Shown piece after piece: positions 26,512-36,125 of a stretch of 46,187 bases of DNA. A model generated the notes under the pieces. That model was not told the origin of the DNA. It searched no databases and saw only the letters and a program-made list of their open reading frames with translations. Every line of letters begins with the position of its first letter. Position 1 is the first letter of the stretch. Source of the stretch: an uncultured Pseudomonadales bacterium (GTDB lineage Bacteria; Patescibacteriota; Microgenomatia; UBA1400; PJMF01); contig CAZPFX010000005.1 in assembly GCA_964586055.1 (NCBI GenBank), forward strand, positions 2,946 through 49,132, given 5' to 3'. Position numbers and translations under genes: made by a program.

Positions 26512-29500
26512 ATGGTTCGCCGATTTTTCCGAAAGATATTTTCTCGTGTTGTGCTGAGCTACATTTTTATCTTCTCCACACTTTTTAATTCTTTCGCCCC
26601 TACCCTTCTTCTTGTTACGCCAGTTTTCGCTGCTGAATCTCCACAAACAAACTTTACCTATATAGATAGTACTCACAGTTTCGATTTGACAGTCTCTCCA
26701 GTCAGCGACAATGTCAGCTATGGTCTTTTCTATAAAACTCCAGAAAAAATTGAAGCTGTTCTAGGCGGAGGAAAAGCAGTGGGTGGTGAGTATCAAGCTT
26801 CTATATATGCTGGTACAAAGTCAGCAAAAGATGCTTTGCCAGCCGACATTGAGCGTGGAGTTTTTAAAAAACAGGTTAACAAAAACACAACTTCTTATTA
26901 CTTTGTAATGGATGGATCGAAACTTCGCATCGTCGCTGAGGTTCCAACTTCTGAAATAGAGTTATCCAATAGTGAGCTGTCTTGGATTAATGATCCAAGT
27001 ACTTATGGAGATCTTCGCACAGGAGTGACTTATCACGCACCGTTTAGTCAGGAAGTATCACTGACATTCACGTCTTTGCCAGAGAATCCAGGTTCGATAA
27101 CTATTAAACAAGTCTCCCTAACAACTGAGCAAATGAAGTTGAGTGGGTCTATTTCCAACATCGCTTACGACATAACTTCAGATATGAATAATGGCGATTT
27201 CGAATATGATCTTTCTCTTCCAGTTCCAGAAGCATCTAAGGGCAAAGAAGTTGGGGTGAAGTATGCGGAGGAGTTATCCGAAGTTTCTTCTGCGAAGCAA
27301 GTTGAAAACACACTTACCAAAACAGATAGCTCAGTTTCTGTAGCAAGTCTGGACCATTTTACGATTTTTGTGGTCAGTGGGGTAAACGCCCCATCTTGCG
27401 CTGGTGCTTCAATTACTCCGCCAAGCGGAACGACTGCCTGTTTTCCAACAATCCAGGCAGCGATAAATGTCGCAAATGATGGAGACACCATAAATGTGGC
27501 AGCTGGAACATATCCGGAGTATCTTTCAATTAATAATAAATCAGTAAGTCTGATAGGAGCTGGATCAGCATCAACTACTATAAGGTCAACAACGGGTGGT
27601 TCGGTTATAACTGTGAATAACGCCAGTAGTCCTATGACCATTGAGGGATTCAGCATTGATGCAGATAACTCAGCTAATAGAAGCGGTATTTATATTCAAA
27701 ACAATTCCTCAAATGTTCTTGTGAAGAATAATAACCTAGTTAACTTTACTGACAAAGGAATATTGATTAGCAATAGTGACAACAACACCTTGCAAGATAA
27801 CACTTTGGCAGGTTCTGCTGCTGGCAGCGTTGCCGGTGTGTATATGGATAATGGTTCCGAGGGTAATGAAATAGCTAGTAATTCGATAACTTTAGCAACT
27901 AGCGGATCTGGACTTCTCTATGATATATGGCTCACGGGCTCCATTTCGGGTGACAACACAGTTCGAGATAACATTGTAAATGGTGGCAGTAGAGCTTTCC
28001 AGCAGGATGGCTCAGTTTCCGGAACAGTTAATTTTTCAAATAATATTATTGGAAATGTGACACCACCGACTTTTTCAGGTGTGTATCTGAATGGTGGTAG
28101 CGCGGTAATTTCTGGCAATACAATCAAGGACTCCGTGAGACCAATAGAATTTTGGGGGGCAAATAACGTCACGATTACTGGGAACACACTAGACGGAACT
28201 ACTTATGACTTCATTAATATTGGTAGCTTCACAGGAACATTGAGTCCAATTAAAAACAACACTTTTCTTAATATGGGAGCAGCCAAGTTTCGTAACCAGA
28301 CAGGAAACGATGTCGATGCTACAGAAAATGATTGGGGAGTTTATCTATATCAGCAAATTGAAGAAAGAGTAACACACGACTGTGAACAATTTAAATCTGA
28401 TGCAGGTTTAAGTGGTTTGAGTTGTGATTCAGCTGACAGCGCCTCTCTTGGGAAAGTAGATTACAGCAATCCTTTGGGGACGCAGAAGTATATAAGATTT
28501 GTTCAGCCAGCGGCTGGCCCATATAATCAAGCAACCTCCGTTCTCAATTTGGAAGTTGAAGCAAAATACGAACCTTATGATATTAAGAAAATAAAATTTA
28601 GGTTCGCGCCTCCAGGAGAAAGTTGCCAAGAGCAGTATGTATCTCCAACATTTAACGATTTAGAAAATGGAGTGAGGAGTGGAGATGTTTACACAGGAAC
28701 CTGGGATATCTCAGGACTTACTACTGGAGATTACAAGGTTTGTGCCTTGATGCATCGAGACAATATAGTCTCTGAGGGATGGAAAGTTGAAAATGTTGCT
28801 GAATCTGCTGTAACAATTGATAAAAACACTCCAGTAATGACCAGCTACGGCATCTCAGATAATCTGCTAAATGCTTCAGAAAACAGCATTGTTTTGTCTG
28901 GAAATATTTCAGATGCATCCTCTCCGATAGACTCAGTTAAATACTCAATTTGGAACTCAGCAAAAACTGTTCTTTACGCGAATTGGACCGAAGCTAGTGC
29001 TTTAGACGGAACCTATGATACTGAAACAGAATCAACAAATCAAATTATTGATGTTTCAGGTTATCCAGATGATACCTTTATTTTAAGTGTTAGAGGGTGG
29101 GACAAGGCAGGAAACAAAGCTAGCGGAGGTAATTTTTACTTCACTGTTGATAGAACAAGTCCAACTGCAACAATTTCTTATGACACTACTGATTGGATAA
29201 ATGGAACTGTTACAGCAACTCTTAATCCAAGTGAATCAGTTACCATAACTAATAATTCAACGTCTAGCTCATATACTTTTACTGACAACGGCTCGTTTAC
29301 ATTTACCTTTGTAGATTCAGCCGGCAATACTGGCAGTGCTACAGCAACTGTTAATAACATTGATAAAGACACTCCTATAATGAGTAGTTATGGCATTTCA
29401 GATATTCTGTTAAATGCATCAGAAAATAGCATTGTTTTGTCGGGGGATATTTCAGATGCAACCTCTCCAATAGATTCAGTCAAATACTCAATTTGGAATT

Positions 29501-31131
29501 CAGCAAAAACTGTTCTCTATGCGAACTGGACTGAAGCCAGTGCCGCAGTTGGAACTTATGATTCTAAATCAGAATCAACCAGCCACACAATAGACACTTC
29601 AAGTTATCCAGATGGCGATTTTGTTCTAGGTGTTAGAGGATGGGACAAGGCTGGAAACAAAGCAAGCGGAGGTGATTTTTACTTTACTGTAGATAGGACC
29701 AATCCTAATAGCACCATTACTTCACCTTCAGATGCTGTATCAGGATCAACAGTCTATTTAAATGAGTGGGATGGAAGTATCGCTGGAGATGCTACCGATA
29801 ATTTGAGTGGTGTGAGCGATGTCAAGATTTCGATTCAAAAAGGATCTACTCAATACTTCGATGGATCATCGTTTGTAGACAGTGCAACAGAGATACTTCT
29901 TGACGCAACTTATCTGGCAGGAAGTTGGAATTATAACGATTTGACTTCACCTGCTGAGGGAAGCTACACAATTTCCTCTCACGCAATCGACAATGCCGGC
30001 AATGTCGAAAACACATATGTGCTGACAATTATCTTTGATAAAACCATCCCAGAAGTTTCATTAACAGTAAATCCAGCCACATCAGACGCGAGTAATGGTT
30101 GGTATAAGACCCAGCCAGAAGTGACTTTGACCGCGACAGATACAAATATTGACAAGATCGAGTATCAGTGGGACTCCAAGACTGGCTCATGGAGCACTTA
30201 CTTTGCTCCTTTTAAGCCTTCCAGTGAAGGAGCGCACGTTCTTTATTATCGAGCTTTGGACAAAGCCGGGAACTACTCAGACATTGGGGTGAAAAATATA
30301 AAATGGGATAAAACCGAGCTTACTGAGGGACCACAAAATGTCTCAGTATCACCTAACCCAACAAGTGGTGATAAGTCTACTGTGACATGGGAAGCAGCGA
30401 GCGATAACACGGGCATTGATCATTACGAGATTCAGTGGAGATTGGGAGACAAATCCTATACAGATTCTGTAGGTTCCGATGTCCGTAGCCACGAGTTATC
30501 TAATCTAACTGAGGGCAGCTGGACCGTCATTGTTCGTGCCTTTGATGGCGCAGGCAACAACAAGGAAGTCTCGGTGGGTCTAACCGTTGATAGGACTGCT
30601 CCACAGGCCCCTACTCTTGCCTTAATTGGGACAGGAGCTGGTACGGCGAGCCTAAGTTGGAATAGCGTTGATGACGCTAAGAGCTATATTATCTGGTACG
30701 GCACTTCATCGGGAAGCTACCTTTATGGAGCAAATGTCGGTAATGTTACGTCATATACTGTTCAAGGTTTGGGAGGTGGCACATATTACTTCATAGTTCG
30801 GGCAAACGACTCGTCTGGCAATGGCAGTTCCAACTCTAACGAAGTATCTACTGGTGCAATTGAGGGTGCCCCCGGTGTAGCAGCTGGTGCTCCGGCGACG
30901 GGTTTTGAAGAACAACCGCCAACGGTTTTAGGCGCAGAAACCACAGAGCCAGCCGAGGTTGCTTTGACCGAAAATGATAACCAAGAAGTGGAGCCTGGAT
31001 CTGAAAAAGGATCAATCTTAGGAGTCTTTACTAATAACAACTTTAAATGGTGGTATTGGTTATTACCCCTTTTCCTATTGATGGCCCACTTTGGCTTCAG
31101 ATGGTGGGTTAAAAGAAGAAAAAGAAATTAA
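26512..31131 (+). CDS. Large cell-surface protein: beta-helix (pectin lyase-like), Ig-like repeats, two FN3 domains, C-terminal membrane anchor
   Basis: Signal peptide after ATG 26512; TIQAAINVANDGDTINVAAGTYPE beta-helix entry; repeated D.AGN Ig-like strands; FN3 (W..., Y.V..L...Y...VRA); WWYWLL TM and KRRKRN tail. Confidence 0.88.
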   Translation: MVRRFFRKIFSRVVLSYIFIFSTLFNSFAPTLLLVTPVFAAESPQTNFTYIDSTHSFDLTVSPVSDNVSYGLFYKTPEKIEAVLGGGKAVGGEYQASIYAGTKSAKDALPADIERGVFKKQVNKNTTSYYFVMDGSKLRIVAEVPTSEIELSNSELSWINDPSTYGDLRTGVTYHAPFSQEVSLTFTSLPENPGSITIKQVSLTTEQMKLSGSISNIAYDITSDMNNGDFEYDLSLPVPEASKGKEVGVKYAEELSEVSSAKQVENTLTKTDSSVSVASLDHFTIFVVSGVNAPSCAGASITPPSGTTACFPTIQAAINVANDGDTINVAAGTYPEYLSINNKSVSLIGAGSASTTIRSTTGGSVITVNNASSPMTIEGFSIDADNSANRSGIYIQNNSSNVLVKNNNLVNFTDKGILISNSDNNTLQDNTLAGSAAGSVAGVYMDNGSEGNEIASNSITLATSGSGLLYDIWLTGSISGDNTVRDNIVNGGSRAFQQDGSVSGTVNFSNNIIGNVTPPTFSGVYLNGGSAVISGNTIKDSVRPIEFWGANNVTITGNTLDGTTYDFINIGSFTGTLSPIKNNTFLNMGAAKFRNQTGNDVDATENDWGVYLYQQIEERVTHDCEQFKSDAGLSGLSCDSADSASLGKVDYSNPLGTQKYIRFVQPAAGPYNQATSVLNLEVEAKYEPYDIKKIKFRFAPPGESCQEQYVSPTFNDLENGVRSGDVYTGTWDISGLTTGDYKVCALMHRDNIVSEGWKVENVAESAVTIDKNTPVMTSYGISDNLLNASENSIVLSGNISDASSPIDSVKYSIWNSAKTVLYANWTEASALDGTYDTETESTNQIIDVSGYPDDTFILSVRGWDKAGNKASGGNFYFTVDRTSPTATISYDTTDWINGTVTATLNPSESVTITNNSTSSSYTFTDNGSFTFTFVDSAGNTGSATATVNNIDKDTPIMSSYGISDILLNASENSIVLSGDISDATSPIDSVKYSIWNSAKTVLYANWTEASAAVGTYDSKSESTSHTIDTSSYPDGDFVLGVRGWDKAGNKASGGDFYFTVDRTNPNSTITSPSDAVSGSTVYLNEWDGSIAGDATDNLSGVSDVKISIQKGSTQYFDGSSFVDSATEILLDATYLAGSWNYNDLTSPAEGSYTISSHAIDNAGNVENTYVLTIIFDKTIPEVSLTVNPATSDASNGWYKTQPEVTLTATDTNIDKIEYQWDSKTGSWSTYFAPFKPSSEGAHVLYYRALDKAGNYSDIGVKNIKWDKTELTEGPQNVSVSPNPTSGDKSTVTWEAASDNTGIDHYEIQWRLGDKSYTDSVGSDVRSHELSNLTEGSWTVIVRAFDGAGNNKEVSVGLTVDRTAPQAPTLALIGTGAGTASLSWNSVDDAKSYIIWYGTSSGSYLYGANVGNVTSYTVQGLGGGTYYFIVRANDSSGNGSSNSNEVSTGAIEGAPGVAAGAPATGFEEQPPTVLGAETTEPAEVALTENDNQEVEPGSEKGSILGVFTNNNFKWWYWLLPLFLLMAHFGFRWWVKRRKRN
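28816..29700 (+). repeat. Intragenic direct repeat: two ~342-bp copies (28816-29157 and 29359-29700)
   Basis: Both copies encode IDK.TP.M.SYGISD.LLNASENSIVLSG.ISDA.SPIDSVKYSIWNSAKTVLYANWTEASA...VRGWDKAGNKASGG.FYFTVDRT; offset 543 bp. Confidence 0.93.
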
Positions 31132-31138
31132 TTCGCAG

Positions 31139-31777
31139 CTACGTCGTCCCAAAATACCGGTCGCCGTAATCACCAAGTCCGGGCACTATATATTTTTGAG
31201 TATTCAGCTTTTCGTCTACAGCGGCCGTAAATATTTTGACATCGGGAAATAAATCATTTACAGCCTTGATTCCTTCTGGCGCCGCAATAACGCTAACGAG
31301 CTGGAGTTTTTTTGGCTTTTCAGCAGCAATCCGTTTCAAGACGTGAATAGCAGAGCCTCCTGTAGCGAGCATTGGATCAACAACCATGACTACCGTATTT
31401 TTGGTGACGGTGGGAATTTTCCAGTAGTACTCTTTTGCGATGGCTGTCTTCTCGTCTCGCTCTAGGCCAACGAAACCAACCCGGGTATTTGGTACTAATT
31501 CTAAGACTCCAAAGAGCATGGCCAATCCAGCTCTAAGAACCGGAACAACCACAACATCTTCCGACAAGCGCTCTGCCTTAGTTTTAGTCAAAGGTGTTTT
31601 GACAGTTTCCGCTCTCAGAGACAAATCTCTCATCGCTTCAGCAATCAAAAGTTTACTGATAGTGTCAGAGTTTCTGCGAAAAACATCGAGTGGAGTCTCT
31701 TCATCTCTGAGATACCAAAGGGCGTCCGCAATACAAGAATGCTTCATCACATGAAGATTTTTGAGTTTAGCGCTCAT
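31139..31777 (-). CDS. upp: Uracil phosphoribosyltransferase
   Basis: VPVLRAGL, VDPMLATGGSA, YIVPGLGDYGDRYFGT. Confidence 0.96.
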   Translation of the reverse strand: MSAKLKNLHVMKHSCIADALWYLRDEETPLDVFRRNSDTISKLLIAEAMRDLSLRAETVKTPLTKTKAERLSEDVVVVPVLRAGLAMLFGVLELVPNTRVGFVGLERDEKTAIAKEYYWKIPTVTKNTVVMVVDPMLATGGSAIHVLKRIAAEKPKKLQLVSVIAAPEGIKAVNDLFPDVKIFTAAVDEKLNTQKYIVPGLGDYGDRYFGTT

Positions 31778-33146
31778 AGAAACCTCCTTTTTCTAAGAGC
31801 AGCAGGTATTTATCCCAGACTGTTTCCCACTTTGTGGTCAAAATCGCATTTAATAATATTCCGACGATAGCAGCTAATGGAATAGCCGGGATGCCGTTTG
31901 GAAAGGTGCCTGTCATTATCCCCATGGGTAAATTACCACCTGGATAGCCGATATTACCACCGATGCCGATCACAGCGATGATTGCACCGATCGCCAACTG
32001 GGCTGGATCGTAGAAGTTAACTTTTTCTTCCATGAGTAGGGCAATTCCTTGCATGCCAATGACGCCAAATAGATACATGGCTAAGCCACCGGTGACTGCG
32101 ACTGGAATTGTGCCAATCAGTGCAGAAAACTTACCTATAAAGGCAAGAGACACGGCGATTCCTCCAGCTGCCATGAGCACAGGTCCAGAATAATTTTTGG
32201 TGATGGCCATAAGAGAATTATTTTCTCCGTAGTTCGTGCCAGCGACACCGCCAAATAAACCGTTAATCATATCTCCAATGCCATCGATGATTAAATTAAT
32301 TCCGATGAATTTACTCAGACGAATTGGTGGTTTCTTAATTTTTTCTGCTAGCTTGTCGACGTAAAGACTGATTTGATAAAGATGTGCAGTCGACTCCGGA
32401 ATGGTCGCGATAGCGATTACTGAAATTGTCGCGATAGCTTCCCAAACCCTTGGGCTGTTAAAAGCCGGAGTGGTGAAGTGAGGAACTGCAAACCAAGCTG
32501 CTTGGGCGACTGGTGTCAAATCTACAAGTCCTGCAAGCCAGCCGGCAAAGTAACCAACGATTGCTCCAATCAGAATTGGAATAAATCTCCAGAAGCCTTT
32601 TTTCAAAAAGACTGACAGCATAATAGTTACGATCATGGTGAAGAACGCCACTGCCCAATGCGCGGCCGCCATATCTAACGCAGCTTTGGCGAGGGCGATT
32701 CCAATTACTAAGGCAACTGAGCCAGTTACGATTGGTGGCAAGATGTGGTCAATAGCTTTCTTTCCTCCAGCAAAGCGAATGAAAAATCCGACCGCAACAT
32801 TAATTAACCCAGTGGCAATAAATCCTACCTGAGCCAGTCTCACCAATTCTTCACCTGCATACTCACCGAAGTTGGCTTTAGTGATAGCTAAAATAGCAGC
32901 GATGTAGGCGAAGCTCGAACCATAATACAAGGGGATGTAAGTGCCCGTAATCAGCTTTGAAAGAACTAAGGAGATGATTGTGGCTATTCCACTCAAAGCA
33001 AGAACCGTACCAACGTCAAAGCCGACTAATAAGGCGACCAGAACCGTCGCTGGAAACATCGTTAAGACATGCTGGAATCCTAGAATCAGCATGCTGACCA
33101 CTGGGGGTCGATCATTAGGCAGATACCCGATTGGCGTTGATGCCAT
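31767..33146 (-). CDS. uraA: NCS2-family uracil permease
   Basis: GFQHVLTMF, GSSFAY, PPIVTG, TNYGEN signature; co-transcribed with upp; AAGGAG Shine-Dalgarno upstream. Confidence 0.88.
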   Translation of the reverse strand: MASTPIGYLPNDRPPVVSMLILGFQHVLTMFPATVLVALLVGFDVGTVLALSGIATIISLVLSKLITGTYIPLYYGSSFAYIAAILAITKANFGEYAGEELVRLAQVGFIATGLINVAVGFFIRFAGGKKAIDHILPPIVTGSVALVIGIALAKAALDMAAAHWAVAFFTMIVTIMLSVFLKKGFWRFIPILIGAIVGYFAGWLAGLVDLTPVAQAAWFAVPHFTTPAFNSPRVWEAIATISVIAIATIPESTAHLYQISLYVDKLAEKIKKPPIRLSKFIGINLIIDGIGDMINGLFGGVAGTNYGENNSLMAITKNYSGPVLMAAGGIAVSLAFIGKFSALIGTIPVAVTGGLAMYLFGVIGMQGIALLMEEKVNFYDPAQLAIGAIIAVIGIGGNIGYPGGNLPMGIMTGTFPNGIPAIPLAAIVGILLNAILTTKWETVWDKYLLLLEKGGFYER

Positions 33147-33184
33147 ACGTGCTCCTTTCCTTAAGGTAATACTTGCTTTGGGGT

Positions 33185-33223
33185 AAAAAAAATCTAGTGA
33201 GTGGCACTAGAAAAGACAGTATA
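33185..33223 (-). promoter_or_regulatory. uraA-upp promoter and leader with terminator-like hairpin (candidate attenuator)
   Basis: Minus strand reads TATACT-GTCTTT-TCTAGTG-CCACT-CACTAGA-TTTTTTTT, ending 38 bp before the uraA ATG. Confidence 0.6.
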
Positions 33224-33275
33224 GCGTTTGGGTTTGCGGCGCACAAGTGACAAGTCTCTGGTTTATACTAACTTT

Positions 33276-34172
33276 ATGACTGATCAATTTACAGCAAATG
33301 CTTTAAGCAACGGTGACGATGGAAAGAAATGGCTAGAATCCATCCCCTCAATCGTTGCTAGCTGTGAGAAGAAGTGGTTGTTGCAGGTCTCCCCTCCTTT
33401 TAATCTCAGCTATAACTACGTAGCTCCTGCTATCAGGACTGATGGAACTCAGGTGGTGTTAAAAATTGGTTTTCCTAAAGATCGAGAATTTAAAACTGAA
33501 ATAAAAGCGTTGGAAGTTTTTAATGGCGAAGGTATAGCCAAATTACTGGAGATGGATGCTGAAAATTCAGCGATTCTAATCGAGCAAGTACTACCAGGAA
33601 AACCACTAAGTCAAATGACTGACGATGATGAGGCAACTAGGATCATCGCTGGAGTGATGAAAAAACTTTGGAAACCTCTCCCTAAGAATCACTCGTTTAT
33701 CACGGTGAAAGATTGGTCGTCAGAGCTTTTTGATTATCACAAGGATTCAAGTAACGAGAATGGTCCAATTCCAATGAAACTTATTGAAAAGGCCACAAGA
33801 TTATTTAGTGAGTTGCTAGAATCTGCAGATGAGCCAGTGCTTGTCCATGGTGACTTGCATCACGACAATATTATGTCTTCTCAAAGAGATGGCTGGCTTG
33901 CAATAGATCCAAAAGGTATAGCTGCTGAGCCAGCGTACGAGGTAGCTGCGATGATCAGAAATCCATATGAAAAATTAAAGAATATCGTTGATTTGCGACC
34001 GCTCCTCAGTTGTCGTCTAAAAATACTGTCTGAGGATCTAGGCCTGGATTCATCGAGAGTTTGGAAGTGGTGCTTTGCGCAAACTGTTTTATCAGCCGTC
34101 TGGAATGTCAATAGTAGTAAAGGAGCTGATCACTGCGTACGCGTTGCTGAGGCTCTATCAAAAATAGAATAA
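33276..34172 (+). CDS. APH(6)/StrB-like aminoglycoside/hydroxyurea-resistance kinase family protein
   Basis: VVLKI, HGDLHHDN, AIDPKG. ATG 33276 lies 6 bp after TATACT. Confidence 0.85.
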   Translation: MTDQFTANALSNGDDGKKWLESIPSIVASCEKKWLLQVSPPFNLSYNYVAPAIRTDGTQVVLKIGFPKDREFKTEIKALEVFNGEGIAKLLEMDAENSAILIEQVLPGKPLSQMTDDDEATRIIAGVMKKLWKPLPKNHSFITVKDWSSELFDYHKDSSNENGPIPMKLIEKATRLFSELLESADEPVLVHGDLHHDNIMSSQRDGWLAIDPKGIAAEPAYEVAAMIRNPYEKLKNIVDLRPLLSCRLKILSEDLGLDSSRVWKWCFAQTVLSAVWNVNSSKGADHCVRVAEALSKIE

Positions 34173-34179
34173 GCGCTAA

Positions 34180-35343
34180 CTACAAAGCGGCCATGCTTTT
34201 TCGCGCTCTCAAAATATCTTCATCAAAACGCCCATCATCATTTAGACCTTCAAAGATTTCGATGGTTTGTTGATACTGCTCTTTTGCTGAATCTTTAATT
34301 CCAAGCTTTGAATAAGCATTTGCGAGGCTTAAATGAGCATATCCATAATCATTGGAAAGTCGAATAGTTTGCTGAAGTTTTATAACTGCATCGTCATATC
34401 TCTCCACTCTGACCAGCATATCTCCCACGTTTCTCATATAAATTGGGTTATCAGGAGCAAATTCTTCTGCTTTTTCAAATGCTTCTAGTCCATCCTCGAG
34501 ACTTCCAGTCGAACTAATCCAAGTGTAGGCATTACCAAGTTGATTCCAAATTTCCGGATTTTCTGGGTCTAACTCTATTGCCTTTTTTAATTCACTTATA
34601 TTTTGATCATTCAAAGACTTTATTTCCTTTGGATCTTCACTACTAATCATTTCTTGAAAAAGCAAAGAGCTGTTATCGTAGTGAACCTTTGCTTCTGGAT
34701 TCATTTCCTGAATGTATTTTTGCAAATCTCCTGAAGAAGTGGCGTTACTTTCCAATTCTTTCATTCCAAGTGAGTAGCCTACATAGACTGAAGCTGCTAC
34801 GTAGCTACCGAAAAATACAATGTATAAAAACATAATTAATAAGCCAACAGCTATTTTTGGTTTTGCCTTCGTTTTAATAACTACCGTGTTTGCAAGTTTG
34901 TCATGGATAGTCTGGTTCTTCTTGTCCCAGAGCATCCATAAATATCCGACGCCCAAGGTTATGGCAGATACGAAGGTTGCTAAATAGCGAATGAAGACTA
35001 CTGGGTATGTGACTTTAGAGCCGTCATCTCTGACGAGCTTAATGGCCATGAGCTTTTTACCAGGAGTAGCGCCATCGTAGTTTACATAAAAAATCATGAA
35101 GTAAGCCAAAGCAGCTAAGAGCGCCATCATAGATGAAAGACTGGTGGAAGTAGTTTTTTGCATTTGCTGAACTTCCTCAAGAGAATTTACATTCTGTAAG
35201 GCTAGGAAAGGATTATTCCCCATTGATGTTTGGATTACGGCAGTAATGATAAAAATGATTAGTGCGTCGACAAAATATGCCAGAAATCTTCTGCCAAATC
35301 CGGCATATTCTAGTCTTTTAAGTCTAAGTGATATTTTTGCCAT
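34180..35343 (-). CDS. RDD-family membrane protein fused to TPR repeats
   Basis: AGFGRRFLAYFVD, TPGKKL, IHDKLANTVV; C-terminal KAIELDPENPEIWNQLGNAY-type TPRs. Confidence 0.88.
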   Translation of the reverse strand: MAKISLRLKRLEYAGFGRRFLAYFVDALIIFIITAVIQTSMGNNPFLALQNVNSLEEVQQMQKTTSTSLSSMMALLAALAYFMIFYVNYDGATPGKKLMAIKLVRDDGSKVTYPVVFIRYLATFVSAITLGVGYLWMLWDKKNQTIHDKLANTVVIKTKAKPKIAVGLLIMFLYIVFFGSYVAASVYVGYSLGMKELESNATSSGDLQKYIQEMNPEAKVHYDNSSLLFQEMISSEDPKEIKSLNDQNISELKKAIELDPENPEIWNQLGNAYTWISSTGSLEDGLEAFEKAEEFAPDNPIYMRNVGDMLVRVERYDDAVIKLQQTIRLSNDYGYAHLSLANAYSKLGIKDSAKEQYQQTIEIFEGLNDDGRFDEDILRARKSMAAL

Positions 35344-35561
35344 TAGAATTCCATCATTGATGGAGCGTCGTAGTCTTGCACAATTTCACAAGCGCCTTGA
35401 TCAAGAAGAGCTTCTTTCAATTGTTGGAACTCTACGCCGAATTTAAAGGCGATGAATGGAATTACAATGAAGAGAGCCATTGCTAAAAATTTTGATAAAG
35501 GCGTCACAGTGGTTAGGGACTCTGGGAGCATTGACTTTGATTTAGATTTCTTTTTTGCCAT
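35343..35561 (-). CDS. Small single-TM hypothetical protein
   Basis: TTVTPLSKFLAMALFI..PF..F..G N-terminal segment; TAAACT -10 box 9 bp upstream; coupled to the next gene. Confidence 0.7.
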   Translation of the reverse strand: MAKKKSKSKSMLPESLTTVTPLSKFLAMALFIVIPFIAFKFGVEFQQLKEALLDQGACEIVQDYDAPSMMEF

Positions 35562-35612
35562 ATGACAATAAGTTTACAGTGTTTTTGAGTACTTGGTCAA
35601 TAGTGTCTTACT

Positions 35613-36125
35613 CTATCTAAATTTATAGCGCAGCTGTACGAGCCCATCTTCAAGATTAGTGCTGCCCAGAAATTCTATTTTTTTAAATGTCTCAAATTGC
35701 TTAGTAAGTGTTTTTCCCTCACCAATGAACAATGGATGAACACTCAGCCATATCTCATCAATTAATCCAACTTCCATAAAGGCAGTGTTTAGAGTCATAC
35801 CTCCAATTAGCATTATTTGCCCAAAGCCTTTGTCAGAAGCAAACTTCACAACTTCCTCTGGAGATTTATCAGTGAAAAGAGACTTATCTTCAACACTCCT
35901 CTTTAGAAGCTCAGCATCATGGGTCATAACTACATTGAGAGCCCCCTCGACAGGAAAGTCATCATCGAATTGATAATAAGTATTTCTACCCATGACAATT
36001 ATCTTACTTTCTCTAGCTAACTTATCGAACTGGGCCCAATCTGTTTCTGAAACCCAATTACTATCGTCTTCACCTTTGGTGATGAAGCCATTGATCGACG
36101 TAGCCATGTAAAGAATTACTTTCAT
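35613..36125 (-). CDS. Dihydrofolate reductase/RibD C-terminal family protein
   Basis: YMATSINGFI, MGRNTY, IGG..LN, LIDEI..P...GEG. Confidence 0.88.
   Translation of the reverse strand: MKVILYMATSINGFITKGEDDSNWVSETDWAQFDKLARESKIIVMGRNTYYQFDDDFPVEGALNVVMTHDAELLKRSVEDKSLFTDKSPEEVVKFASDKGFGQIMLIGGMTLNTAFMEVGLIDEIWLSVHPLFIGEGKTLTKQFETFKKIEFLGSTNLEDGLVQLRYKFR

Noticed and set aside
28816-29700. Repeat pair as a DGR template/variable region
   Set aside because: Differences are mostly synonymous rather than adenine-specific, both copies are in frame in one gene, and no reverse transcriptase is present.
33228-33275. Longer TTG start for the kinase
   Set aside because: ATG 33276 follows a clear -10 box, and the extension runs into the divergent uraA promoter region.
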